In this document: positions 27,154-36,504 of the stretch, one piece after another
Numbering within the stretch: position 1 is the stretch's first letter
How the letters are laid out: every line of letters begins with the position of its first letter
Virus record (IMG/VR): IMGVR_UViG_3300010167_001484
Coordinates: 96,001-160,000 of that record
DNA from: a virus
Taxonomy: Duplodnaviria > Caudoviricetes
DNA length: 64,000 bases
Strand: one strand, 5' to 3'
The notes under the pieces: model-generated
Told to the model about the DNA's origin: nothing
What the model saw: the letters and a program-made list of their open reading frames with translations, nothing else
Databases searched by the model: none
Made by a program: the position numbers and the translations under genes

Positions 27154-29364
27154 GTGGCCCAGATTGTTATAAATGAAATAAGCGCGAATTATAGTTACAA
27201 CATCGGGACAAATTCTTATTGTTGTGTAGCATTGCCAATAACTGCGTGTTGGGGTCCTGCATTTGAAGATGTGAGTAATGAGAATGTTTTGTCCAAAGCA
27301 GAGTGGGAAGAGAGATTTTCAGATCTATATGGTAATAAGATTGAATGGATGCAAGAGAACACAGCTTGGACGAGATTTCCCGCAACTCAAGTAGGTCTTG
27401 AAGCATTTTTATCAGCTTATAGGGGGCCTGCTGCTGGTCATCGTATAGCTAAAGATTTTTCTTATCAGATGGCAATGACATTGCTGGTATCTGGTTATGA
27501 TGTATGGTGTTGCAGACTCAGCCCTGGAGATCGTGCTAGAGGTGTATTTATCACATCTGATGGTGATGATAAGTATACAAATTGTTTGAAAGTTAAAGCT
27601 AAATATCCGGGAACATTTGGTAATAATCTTCGTATTGAGATTAAACCTACATTCCGTAATAGACGGATTGTTTGGACTTATACAGTTCATGTAGTAGATG
27701 TTTCAGGAGTTCAAACAGCTGTTGAACACAGTCCATTCTTGTTTAATGTAACAGATGATCATATTGCCGCATTTGGTGATACAATACCACATATAAAAGA
27801 AATAAACTCTAGATTTATTGACTTCCAAATGATTGGTAAGATTCCAAACGGTATTGATGAATTTGAATTAGTTAAACAAGGTCAAAGAGCTACACAACCT
27901 ATCGATCTAAGATTTGATGATAGTCATACAGAAGTACCTCGTAACGAATTTATTAATCAAAGACGAGCTTTCATGACATTTGCTCAATTATCGGGTGGTA
28001 CTGATAGACGTGCTCTTGAAGATCATGAAGGTAATCCCATTCAAGATGGTGATGGAGATGTTGTAGTTCCTGAAGATACAAATCATCCTGAAGCAAAGTA
28101 TGCTAATGCTCTTATACATCTTGCGATGAAACATGCGATGTCAAGATACAGGTCTTTATCAAGTATATATGATGATTTTAATGGTCTCGGTTGGGAGAAA
28201 GCAATTAATGCTCCTTACTCAGCTTCTAATGATCTACTTCCAGAAACTAAAGGTATAGTAGATTCTATTGAATACATAGGTATAATTTCAGAGAAATTGA
28301 ATGCACCTTCTGAAATTGTGACAGAACAAGATGAAGCAGAGATTATAGAATACAAAGAATGGTTATATACAAATGCGATGTATGTATATGATTTACTCCG
28401 TGATCGTTTAGCATACAATCCAAAGAGAATCATCAGCCCTGGTTGGGATGACCAAGATTTTAATGAACTTGATGGTGAAGGCCCAAGGCGTGTTATTCTC
28501 ATATCTCCGATGCATAAGATGCTAATGGATGCAGCCTATTGGAGTCGTTGCGGTACTGCATTTATTGACATACCTAGATCGGCTGCAAGAAATGCAGTTT
28601 ATAGAGATGATGCCGATAAGCCTGGTGACCAAGGATATGCTCAGATGCTTGCAAGGCTTCCAGCAGGTACAGATGGGTTTGATCAAAATGTAGTAATGTA
28701 TCATACGAACTCGGCACTATTTGCACCTTGGGGCCAATACCAATATGTAGGAACAAACAAACAGAATCCTGCTTCGCCTTCATTCCAAGCATTGATGATC
28801 CAAAGATCTATGATACTAAATCAGCCAATCCAGTATGAATGGTTATTACCGTCAAATAGACGTCATGGTTTAAGACTTGGTACGCTAGATTACAAAGTTC
28901 CGAAGAAACTGTTAGATATATGGCAAAGTCTAGAAGGTGTAGGCGTAAACATCATAACTCAGATACCTGATATGGGTGTAGGATTATGGGGCAACTCTAC
29001 GCTATTTGAAGTACCTCCAGTAACATACAATGCTCTATCGAACTTAAGCACAAGATTTTTGATGAACGCCGTCAAAGATATAGCTTACAGATGTGGTTTA
29101 ACAATAACCTTCAGCTACAACAATCTGCAAGCTTATAACAAATTCTACGCTGGAGTAACCCCAATATTAGATACGATGAAGAATGTAGGTGCGATAGAAG
29201 ATTACTACGTCAGAATGCAAGCAGATATAACCGCCCTAGATTCCGTAAATGCCAATACTGTTGTGGGTAAGATCTATCTTGTGATCAATGGTGTCGTGAA
29301 CGATATTATAATTGATTTGGTAGCTCTTCCACCTGGAGTAGATCTTAATCAGTATAGAGCATAA
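27154..29364 (+). CDS. Tail sheath protein
   Basis: MAQIVINEIS, WGP, AKYPGTFGNNL, WGNSTL, L.NLSTRFL, GAIEDYYV. Confidence 0.9.
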   Translation: MAQIVINEISANYSYNIGTNSYCCVALPITACWGPAFEDVSNENVLSKAEWEERFSDLYGNKIEWMQENTAWTRFPATQVGLEAFLSAYRGPAAGHRIAKDFSYQMAMTLLVSGYDVWCCRLSPGDRARGVFITSDGDDKYTNCLKVKAKYPGTFGNNLRIEIKPTFRNRRIVWTYTVHVVDVSGVQTAVEHSPFLFNVTDDHIAAFGDTIPHIKEINSRFIDFQMIGKIPNGIDEFELVKQGQRATQPIDLRFDDSHTEVPRNEFINQRRAFMTFAQLSGGTDRRALEDHEGNPIQDGDGDVVVPEDTNHPEAKYANALIHLAMKHAMSRYRSLSSIYDDFNGLGWEKAINAPYSASNDLLPETKGIVDSIEYIGIISEKLNAPSEIVTEQDEAEIIEYKEWLYTNAMYVYDLLRDRLAYNPKRIISPGWDDQDFNELDGEGPRRVILISPMHKMLMDAAYWSRCGTAFIDIPRSAARNAVYRDDADKPGDQGYAQMLARLPAGTDGFDQNVVMYHTNSALFAPWGQYQYVGTNKQNPASPSFQALMIQRSMILNQPIQYEWLLPSNRRHGLRLGTLDYKVPKKLLDIWQSLEGVGVNIITQIPDMGVGLWGNSTLFEVPPVTYNALSNLSTRFLMNAVKDIAYRCGLTITFSYNNLQAYNKFYAGVTPILDTMKNVGAIEDYYVRMQADITALDSVNANTVVGKIYLVINGVVNDIIIDLVALPPGVDLNQYRA

Positions 29365-29377
29365 TTATTTAATAGTA

Positions 29378-29390
29378 TTTCGTTATAGTA
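29378..29390 (+). promoter_or_regulatory. Second promoter-like motif TTTCGTTAT
   Basis: Also at 31223 and, as TTTCATTAT, at 33781. Confidence 0.4.
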
Positions 29391-29391
29391 T

Positions 29392-29453
29392 TTGGGGAAG
29401 GAAAACCCTGGCCAGGGCGGATGTTGCTCACATCAACAACCTTACTTCCTCAA
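29392..29453 (+). ncRNA. Candidate three-way-junction RNA in endonuclease leader
   Basis: 9-bp closing stem plus two hairpins by manual folding. Confidence 0.4.
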
Positions 29454-29479
29454 TTATTAATCTCATGTGAGGAGAGAAT

Positions 29480-30506
29480 ATGATGAATTCAGTTAAGACG
29501 TGTAAACTCTGTGGAGATACTTTCAGAACTAAACATCCTGATACAATAACTGTATGTGGTAAAAAACATACAGTTATTTGTGTTATATGTGGTACAGAAT
29601 TCATAGCATCTGAATATAGTGATACCAAAACATGTTCTAGAAGTTGTAGAGGTAAGTATGTAGTTAAGTCAGGTATACAAAATAATATCAATAAAGCTAG
29701 AATGCAAGATCCTTCTAAATTTGATAATTTTGTTGAATTTAAATCAGATCCTGCTAAATATATTTTAGATAATTTTGGGACAAGTCGTCCAAATACATAT
29801 ACATTATCTAAGAATATAGGAATAGATATTGCAATTGTGTGTAATTATGTTAATAAGGTTAATGCTCAAAAATCTTGTCACATATTATAGTAGTTATATG
29901 GAGCAGGATGTTGTAGATTTTATACAAGAACTTATCCCAGATAAACAAATAATACGTAATGATAGATCTATAATATCTCCTTTAGAATTAGATATATGGT
30001 TACCAGATTATAACATAGGTATCGAGGTTAATCCTACATCAACGCATAATTCATCTGGTTTATTATATCCAGGACTTCGTAAAGATTATCATGTTGAAAA
30101 GTCGTTATTAGTTAAAGATAATAATATTCAACTATTGCATATATTTGGACATCATTGGACTAATAAACGTGACATTGTTAAATCTATGATAAGGAATTTA
30201 TTTAAACTTAATATCAATAAATACTATGCTAGATCCCTTGAAGTGAGAACTGTAACAAGTGATGATTCTTTAAATTTTTTAAAAAATAATCATATACAGG
30301 GAGCTACTACAGGTAGTGTGAGATTAGGTTTATATACAGATTCTGATATATTAATATCTTTGATGGTATTTTCTCATCCTAGAGGTACAATAGGACATAG
30401 GATAGGTAAAGCTAAAGGATCTATAGATACTTGTAGAGATATGATAACTTATGCTATAAAAACTAATAGTAATTATTTGGGTTATAGATATCGTAGACCT
30501 ATTTAG
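29480..30506 (+). pseudogene. Frameshifted Zn-ribbon + PD-(D/E)xK (Hef-like) homing endonuclease
   Basis: CxxC N-part (29480-29890); LELDIWLPDYNIGIEVN part in the +1 frame, joined at A5 29868-29872. Confidence 0.65.
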
Positions 30507-30522
30507 ATTCTTCACAATCACA

Positions 30523-30536
30523 TAACCTTATATAAT
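30523..30536 (+). promoter_or_regulatory. Putative phage late promoter motif
   Basis: TAACCTTATATAAT before tube; identical to 26811. Confidence 0.65.
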
Positions 30537-30660
30537 ATTGAAGTAAAATTTTTTAATACTTCAAATCATATACTTAGTACAACTTATATAAAAGTTTACT
30601 AGAAGAGGGCTTCGGCATCTTTTTCAGTGGTAATGATAGTAACTGAAAGGAGATTTTATT

Positions 30661-31206
30661 ATGTTTTCCCCACTTTATATGGGAACGAATCAAATGCTAG
30701 GTATTGATAATTACGTACCCCTTACAACAAACAATTTCGAAGTCCGTATATATAATATGGACGGCTCCGCACCTACAGAGTTTTCAGATCTGCTGACTCT
30801 GAGTACAGACGAAGTTGGTGCAATCCAAGAGGAACAAGATTCAATTGTAGTACATTATGGTAACGGTCTTATCAAATTCCCGAGTAAGGTAACATTTAGT
30901 GACGTTGATTGGACGCTGAATTGTTTTTGCGAGCCGAATGTGCTGGAAGCTCTTAGAGCTTGGCGCAAACAAGTGTATGATCCTGACACAGAACGTATGG
31001 GCCTTCCAAGTGAATATATGAAGAATGTATTCTTTATACGTTACGATGGACAAGGAGGCGTGCGGGACGTTATTCGCTGCCCAGGTACATGGATAGGCGC
31101 GTTATCTAATGGCAGTCATTCACAAACTGGTGGAGAGATTGTAAAAATTCAAGTTCCATTTATTATCTCTCGTGCCTTGTATCTCAAGAGGTCAGATTTG
31201 CAGTAA
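30661..31206 (+). CDS. Tail tube protein (gp19-like)
   Basis: 181 aa after sheath; NNFEVRI, YGNG..KFP, W...VYDP.T..MG.PS.Y.K. Confidence 0.85.
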   Translation: MFSPLYMGTNQMLGIDNYVPLTTNNFEVRIYNMDGSAPTEFSDLLTLSTDEVGAIQEEQDSIVVHYGNGLIKFPSKVTFSDVDWTLNCFCEPNVLEALRAWRKQVYDPDTERMGLPSEYMKNVFFIRYDGQGGVRDVIRCPGTWIGALSNGSHSQTGGEIVKIQVPFIISRALYLKRSDLQ

Positions 31207-31237
31207 AAATTTTTTAAATTGATTTCGTTATTGAATA

Positions 31238-31296
31238 TGTGGTAACGTCCGACGGGACTTCTGGGGAGGTGCTTATCCACTTCCCTGGATACCACA
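31238..31296 (+). ncRNA. Candidate three-way-junction RNA upstream of GIY-YIG gene
   Basis: 7-bp closing stem, 4-bp hairpin, 12-bp hairpin. Confidence 0.45.
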
Positions 31297-31333
31297 AATT
31301 AAAAATATCTTTGATAAGAAAGGTTGTTTTGTT

Positions 31334-32110
31334 GTGTATACGTGTTATTTAATTACAAATAATTTAAATAGTAGAAAATATGTAGGTATAACAGATGATA
31401 CAATTGAAAGCAGGTGGTCAGATCATATCTATAATGCAAATTATCTGAAAGATCATGATAGAAATCTACCAGGATATAATGAAATGTATCAAGATATGAT
31501 AGATCAAAATTTCGAATCTTTTGAGATATCAATTATAGAGGGCGATATACCTGCAGAATTAGCTGAATCTAGGGAGCAATATTATATCAATCTGTATGGA
31601 AGTATTGACATTGGTGGATATAATATTAGGTATGGTGGTTCCAAAGGTAATCATCATGAAACTACAAAAGAAAAAATGAGAAATGCTCAACTAGGTAAGA
31701 AACATTCACAAGATACAATTAATAAGATGAGAGCTATTAAATCTGGAGATAATAATCCTAATTATGGTACAAAGTGGACTAAAGATCGTGAAGCTAAATT
31801 TGTTGCTACTGTTGCTGAACGAGGTCATTGGACTACAAGACAAGATGTATTAGCAGAATCTAATATTAAGAGAAGTGAAACACTTAAGAAGCGATACGAA
31901 ACTGAGGACCATAAAAATAGGAAATCTGTTAATCAAGTTGATATAGGAACATTAGAGGTTATACATAAATTTAAATCAGCCCAAGAGGCTGCAGAATATA
32001 TACGTACAATTAAGCCTGGAGGTGTTGGATCGGCATATAATTCTATAAGAGATTGTTGTACAGGTAGAAGAAAATCTGCTTATGGATATATGTGGGTTGA
32101 TGCATCATGA
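31334..32110 (+). mobile_element. Free-standing GIY-YIG homing endonuclease (NUMOD3, NUMOD1/IENR1)
   Basis: CYLITN...KYVGIT...R, H..tTK.KM repeats, FKSAQEAA...CC.G.RKSAYGY.W. Confidence 0.85.
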
Positions 32111-32634
32111 AGAAATTATGCGAAGAGTGTGGGTCTGAATTTGAAGCTAAATTGAAAACTCAGCGATTCTGTAAGGCTGATCACTATAGAATTTGTTCTA
32201 TCTGTAGTCAGTCTTACTATGTGAAATTTTCTAATCTTTCAAGTGGTTCTGATTGTTGTTCTCAAGTTTGTGCTGTTGCAAAAGGTGTTAGAAATAGAGG
32301 AAACAAAGTTTATGAATTGAAGTGTAAAGAATGTGGTAAATTATTTTCAAGTGATAATTCAAGACAAGTATTTTGTGATGACGTGCATTATAGACCATGT
32401 CCTATCTGTGGTAAATCTGTAGAAGTTAGAGATCTATATGATCTTCCTATGACTTGTTCTCCAGAATGTAATACTGCAAGACGGTTACAAACAACAATGG
32501 AGCGATATGGAAGGGCGTCTGTTGGTTGTAGTTCAGATGAATCAAAATCTAAAAGAATTCAAACTAGTATAGAACGATTTGGTGTGCCTTATGTCACACA
32601 ATCTGAACAGATGAACAGAAAACCAAGATACTAA
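32107..32634 (+). CDS. Zn-ribbon repeat protein, likely truncated homing-endonuclease N-terminus
   Basis: Repeated C..C..F....Q.FC...HYR.C..C; T.ERYG/ERFG repeats; no nuclease domain. Confidence 0.6.
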   Translation: MKKLCEECGSEFEAKLKTQRFCKADHYRICSICSQSYYVKFSNLSSGSDCCSQVCAVAKGVRNRGNKVYELKCKECGKLFSSDNSRQVFCDDVHYRPCPICGKSVEVRDLYDLPMTCSPECNTARRLQTTMERYGRASVGCSSDESKSKRIQTSIERFGVPYVTQSEQMNRKPRY

Positions 32635-32686
32635 GTATCGAAATAGTAATTTTCTTTGAGAGTTCAACTTTAGTATTTATATCATT

Positions 32687-32700
32687 TAACCTTTTATATT
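32687..32700 (+). promoter_or_regulatory. Putative phage late promoter motif
   Basis: TAACCTTTTATATT before an MKRLIRA gene. Confidence 0.6.
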
Positions 32701-32734
32701 AGTAGATTAGATTAAAAATAAGGAGATTTGTATT

Positions 32735-33478
32735 ATGAAAAGATTGATAAGAGCGGAGTTAGTAAGAAATATACGTGGTTATCTAGATCTTGCTAAGATT
32801 GATTGGAATACTATCACATATGATGATGCTGTAGAATTGTTTAATCAAGATGATACTACATTTTATAGCGTACCTCAAAATTTAATTGATTATGATTTTG
32901 CGAAACTTGCCGTGAAGAAAAATGGATATCGTATTTCTCATGTTCCGAAAGATTTGATTGATTATGATTTGGCGAGACTTGCATTTGATAAATATCCTAT
33001 GACTATCGAGTATATTCCAGAAAATTTAATTGATATTGATATGGCTAGAACTGCAGCTAGATATCTAGACTCTCTCCTACAGTATGTTCCTATGAATTTG
33101 ATTAATTCTGATAGTGAGCTTAAACAGATTTATAATTCTTATAAGAAGTGGAGCTCTGATACTGAAACAGATGAGAAAAATAGACAATCTAAGAAGTTTA
33201 AACCTTCAAAAGATAGAGTATATAATATTCTTTATAAAGAATGTGAAGATTGGAGCGATTATCATGATAATGAACCGGGAACAGCTGAGTATGATGAAAT
33301 GATAAAATATATGACTAAACAAGTTAAAGCTGTAATTGAACATGAAGGTAAAACTGTAGCTGATATTGATGAGCTTGATGTAGAGTTTGGTCAAGGTGAT
33401 GGTGTAGCCATATTCTTTAAAGATGGGACGGAAGTATACAAAGATGAATTCAACGATATATGGGATGAAATCTCATAA
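32735..33478 (+). CDS. MKRLIRA-leader protein with ~24-aa DUF4116-like repeats
   Basis: VPQNLIDYDFAKLA / VPKDLIDYDLARLA / IPENLIDIDMARTA. Confidence 0.8.
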   Translation: MKRLIRAELVRNIRGYLDLAKIDWNTITYDDAVELFNQDDTTFYSVPQNLIDYDFAKLAVKKNGYRISHVPKDLIDYDLARLAFDKYPMTIEYIPENLIDIDMARTAARYLDSLLQYVPMNLINSDSELKQIYNSYKKWSSDTETDEKNRQSKKFKPSKDRVYNILYKECEDWSDYHDNEPGTAEYDEMIKYMTKQVKAVIEHEGKTVADIDELDVEFGQGDGVAIFFKDGTEVYKDEFNDIWDEIS

Positions 33479-33527
33479 TAAGTAATAGTAATATAAATAA
33501 TAGAACAGAATTAAGGAGATTTATATT

Positions 33528-33701
33528 GTGAAGAAGGTAGTTAAAGCTGATCAGAACGAATCTGATGGAACAGTGTATGAAGTTTCTTTTACCTTTAAAG
33601 GTGATGATGAAGATGTTAGGGCTATGAGGAAGTATTTCTTTGAAGCTATGAAGGAGAATATGCAGATAAGATGTTACGATCTTCAAATTAAAATTTTGTG
33701 A
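33528..33701 (+). CDS. 57-aa protein with MKKVVKA leader (not in ORF track)
   Basis: AAGGAG SD, GTG start, TGA at 33699-33701. Confidence 0.7.
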   Translation: MKKVVKADQNESDGTVYEVSFTFKGDDEDVRAMRKYFFEAMKENMQIRCYDLQIKIL

Positions 33702-33732
33702 TAAGTATTAATAATATAAACAATAATTTCTT

Positions 33733-33771
33733 AAATATATCGTAAGAATGTGATTTCTGCGATATATTTTT
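33733..33771 (+). terminator. Probable intrinsic terminator
   Basis: aaatatatcgta / tgcgatatattt stem ending in a T run. Confidence 0.55.
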
Positions 33772-33814
33772 GATTAAAAATTTCATTATAGTATGTGAAT
33801 GGAGGTAGTTGATT

Positions 33815-34507
33815 ATGAAAGTTTTAATTAGAGGTGATTCGTCTAGTAAATCTCAGATTATTGATTTTGGCGGTGTTCGTATTTCTATAGCAGCATTTGA
33901 TTATATATGGAGAAATGTTGGTAGAAACCCTGGTGTTGCAGCAAGTACAGGAATTTTCGCTAGAAATCAATGGTCTTGGAATAAAGATGAACTTGACGAT
34001 GTGAATAGTTATCTTCGTAATTGGGAGATTGAAAGCAAATTAGGTCTTGCTGTACCTATGAAATATCATCAAATAAAACCTGAACATGTTGAGTTTGATA
34101 AAGTAAGAGATCAACATATGGTTCAACGAATAGAGGAACGCTTAGGTGTTACTTGGGAGCAATTACAAACAGACGAAGGTAAGAAATATGTGCTTGATAC
34201 ACTTCAGAGTTATATTGATGAAGCTGTTGTCAGATTTAAACAAGATGCTAAAGTTAAAGAAGATGATAACGAAGGTAATACACGTGTTAAGGATAAATCT
34301 AAAAATGGAGTTAATTTAAGTAATAGTGTATATATTGCAGATAATGGAACTGTGATTATTGAAATGAGTTCAGATGCAAAAATTGTAACTTTTTATACAT
34401 CTGAAGAATATAAAAAAGATGATAAAAATACTGAACTTGTTATAAAAGTTGTAAAATTATGTAATATAGAGTCTTTAGATATTAGCATACCACCAGAAGA
34501 ATTATAA
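33815..34507 (+). CDS. Hypothetical protein with MKVLIRG leader variant
   Basis: GGAGG SD; ATG at 33815. Confidence 0.75.
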   Translation: MKVLIRGDSSSKSQIIDFGGVRISIAAFDYIWRNVGRNPGVAASTGIFARNQWSWNKDELDDVNSYLRNWEIESKLGLAVPMKYHQIKPEHVEFDKVRDQHMVQRIEERLGVTWEQLQTDEGKKYVLDTLQSYIDEAVVRFKQDAKVKEDDNEGNTRVKDKSKNGVNLSNSVYIADNGTVIIEMSSDAKIVTFYTSEEYKKDDKNTELVIKVVKLCNIESLDISIPPEEL

Positions 34508-34532
34508 ATCTTCAATGATTTTTAGTATTATT

Positions 34533-34546
34533 TAACCTATTATATT
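34533..34546 (+). promoter_or_regulatory. Putative phage late promoter motif
   Basis: TAACCTATTATATT before chaperone/tape measure operon. Confidence 0.6.
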
Positions 34547-34559
34547 GATAGAATAATTT

Positions 34560-34635
34560 ATTGAGTGCGGTACGGCTCGTAAGAGAGTCTCCATGTGAGT
34601 AGCTTAGGCGAAAACAAGGTGGTACCAGGCTCAAT
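34560..34635 (+). ncRNA. Candidate structured RNA (three-way junction with AGUA/GAA loop-E motif)
   Basis: GC-rich island, nested stems, followed by a U tract. Confidence 0.5.
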
Positions 34636-34684
34636 TTTTATTGTATAAAATATTTCTAAAAAACTTTTTTGGAGGGTCATTTAA

Positions 34685-35464
34685 ATGGAGAATAAGTGTC
34701 AATTATTGGGTAAGGGTCTATATAAAGATATTCCCGAAGAGCTAACATTAGGTAGAATTCCAACAATATCAGATCTAGATTATACTACAGGAGATGCATT
34801 TGATAAATTCTTGCTCGATAAGATTTTACCTGTATCTATAGAAGATAAGATCAATTTCAATGATTTACTTGAAATTGATTTTCAGTGGATCTGTAGGGCT
34901 TTGAGGATTCATAATTATGGACCTTACCATACTACTACAACTATATGGTGTGAAGATTGTGGCGAAACATCTTCAGGAGAATATCAGGTTGATTTGAGAC
35001 GAATTGATTGTAAATATTTACCGGATAAATTTGTTAATGAGTTTAGTATAAAACGTGCTGAATTCTTAGATTTTAAAGGTGATGTTGTATTGAAATTACC
35101 TACAATACAAAAAATATTGAATGCATATAAAGATAAACAGTTTCAATCAAACGATGGTAGAGTAAATCGTGAGTTTGCAAGAATTTGTTATATGATAACT
35201 ACTATAAAGGGCAAAGTTGGTATGACTCCTATCGAAATTAAGTTGATGATTGAGAAGGAGATGAGTTCGGCTGATTTTATGATGTTGAGAGGTATTATAA
35301 CAGATTTAGCTGATTACGGTCTACGGGCTGGTGGAGAAACCAAGTGTCCTGTTTGTAGTTCTGATACTGCTGTATATATGGGATTATCTGAAGATAGGTT
35401 CTTCCGTCCTACTTTAGAAGATCTTAGAGCTTGGAAGAAAGATAGGCAGTCAACATCTGCTTAA
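34685..35464 (+). CDS. Tail/baseplate-hub assembly chaperone (gp26-like), short form
   Basis: LLEIDFQWI.RALRI..YG, C..C, LKLPT, CP.C, ends FFRP; upstream of tape measure. Confidence 0.7.
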   Translation: MENKCQLLGKGLYKDIPEELTLGRIPTISDLDYTTGDAFDKFLLDKILPVSIEDKINFNDLLEIDFQWICRALRIHNYGPYHTTTTIWCEDCGETSSGEYQVDLRRIDCKYLPDKFVNEFSIKRAEFLDFKGDVVLKLPTIQKILNAYKDKQFQSNDGRVNREFARICYMITTIKGKVGMTPIEIKLMIEKEMSSADFMMLRGIITDLADYGLRAGGETKCPVCSSDTAVYMGLSEDRFFRPTLEDLRAWKKDRQSTSA

Positions 35465-35492
35465 GTGTTAAAATCACTAAGTAGGTGATATT

Positions 35493-36491
35493 GTGGCTAT
35501 ATCTGAGAAATTACAACTTCTATGTAAGTATGATAATATACCTTCTGAGTTGACAATTTCAGCAATTCTAACAGAGGATGAATTGCGGTATGTTGGTGAT
35601 GAATCTTTCTTAGATCTTATGCTCACAGTGATACTTCCTAAAGTAGTTGCAGAAGATGTCGATTTCTATAAATTATTTGAAATAGATTTTAATTGGATAT
35701 GTAGATGTTTACGAATTCTTAGTTTCGGTCCTATATATACAACAAATTCAATCTTCTGTGATAGTTGCCATAATACTACATACGGTGAGTATAAGGTTAA
35801 TTTGAATTCTGTTAAATGTATCCCTATTCCAGATGATACTCCTGAGATAATGCGAGTCAGTAAACATGAATTCATAGATTTTGATAAAGACATATTCTTT
35901 AAATTACCTACAATAGGTGAGATACAGAATATGATGAAGAATCAGCTATTTATAAGAAAAGATACAGTAATAGATGCTTTACTTGGTAGATTGTGTTGTA
36001 TGATAACTTGCATTGGAGATCAAGTTGATATATCTGATAAAAGTATTTTAGATATATTCAAAAATAAGATGATTTCTGCAGATTATCAGATTTTGAGAGC
36101 TATTATAAATCAAATGACTAATTTTGGTTTAGAGTCTTGTGGTAAAACACAGTGTCCAAGATGTAAATCGATTGATGCAACTTTTATAGCGTTACCAGAT
36201 GATAGATATTATGTGAGACCTTGGGAATTACATAGTGATGATCAAACAGTGACAGTAGCGGGTGTAGAAAAAACATATAGAGAAGTACGTCAACAATTGT
36301 ATGAGAATATAATAGATGAAACTTTATTTATATCTCGTGCATCTGAAAGTGCAGTTTCTGCAGATTGGTTGATGACTCAACCTATATTTGTTAGAAAAAA
36401 GTATGTGGAATCTTTTACAAAGGAATTACAAGAGCGAGAAAAAACTGTTAAGAATGCAGGTAGTCGTAGATTAGGTCAACCTAATAGATAG
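35493..36491 (+). CDS. Paralogous chaperone with C-terminal extension (long form)
   Basis: Colinear with 34685 ORF plus ~90-aa extension. Confidence 0.7.
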   Translation: MAISEKLQLLCKYDNIPSELTISAILTEDELRYVGDESFLDLMLTVILPKVVAEDVDFYKLFEIDFNWICRCLRILSFGPIYTTNSIFCDSCHNTTYGEYKVNLNSVKCIPIPDDTPEIMRVSKHEFIDFDKDIFFKLPTIGEIQNMMKNQLFIRKDTVIDALLGRLCCMITCIGDQVDISDKSILDIFKNKMISADYQILRAIINQMTNFGLESCGKTQCPRCKSIDATFIALPDDRYYVRPWELHSDDQTVTVAGVEKTYREVRQQLYENIIDETLFISRASESAVSADWLMTQPIFVRKKYVESFTKELQEREKTVKNAGSRRLGQPNR

Positions 36492-36504
36492 GGGGTGAAT
36501 TTCA

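Noticed and set aside
30538-30628. Two hairpins in the tube 5' leader (ttgaagta/tacttcaa and a cUUCGg loop)
   Set aside because: Short or imperfect; plausible mRNA stabilisers but too weak to call.
29365-32734. Group I introns hosting the endonucleases
   Set aside because: Sheath and tube ORFs are complete and the structured elements (~60 nt) are far too short for an intron core.
34560-34635. tRNA, hammerhead or known riboswitch
   Set aside because: No cloverleaf or TTCRA loop, no CUGANGA core, no SAM or c-di-GMP consensus recognised.
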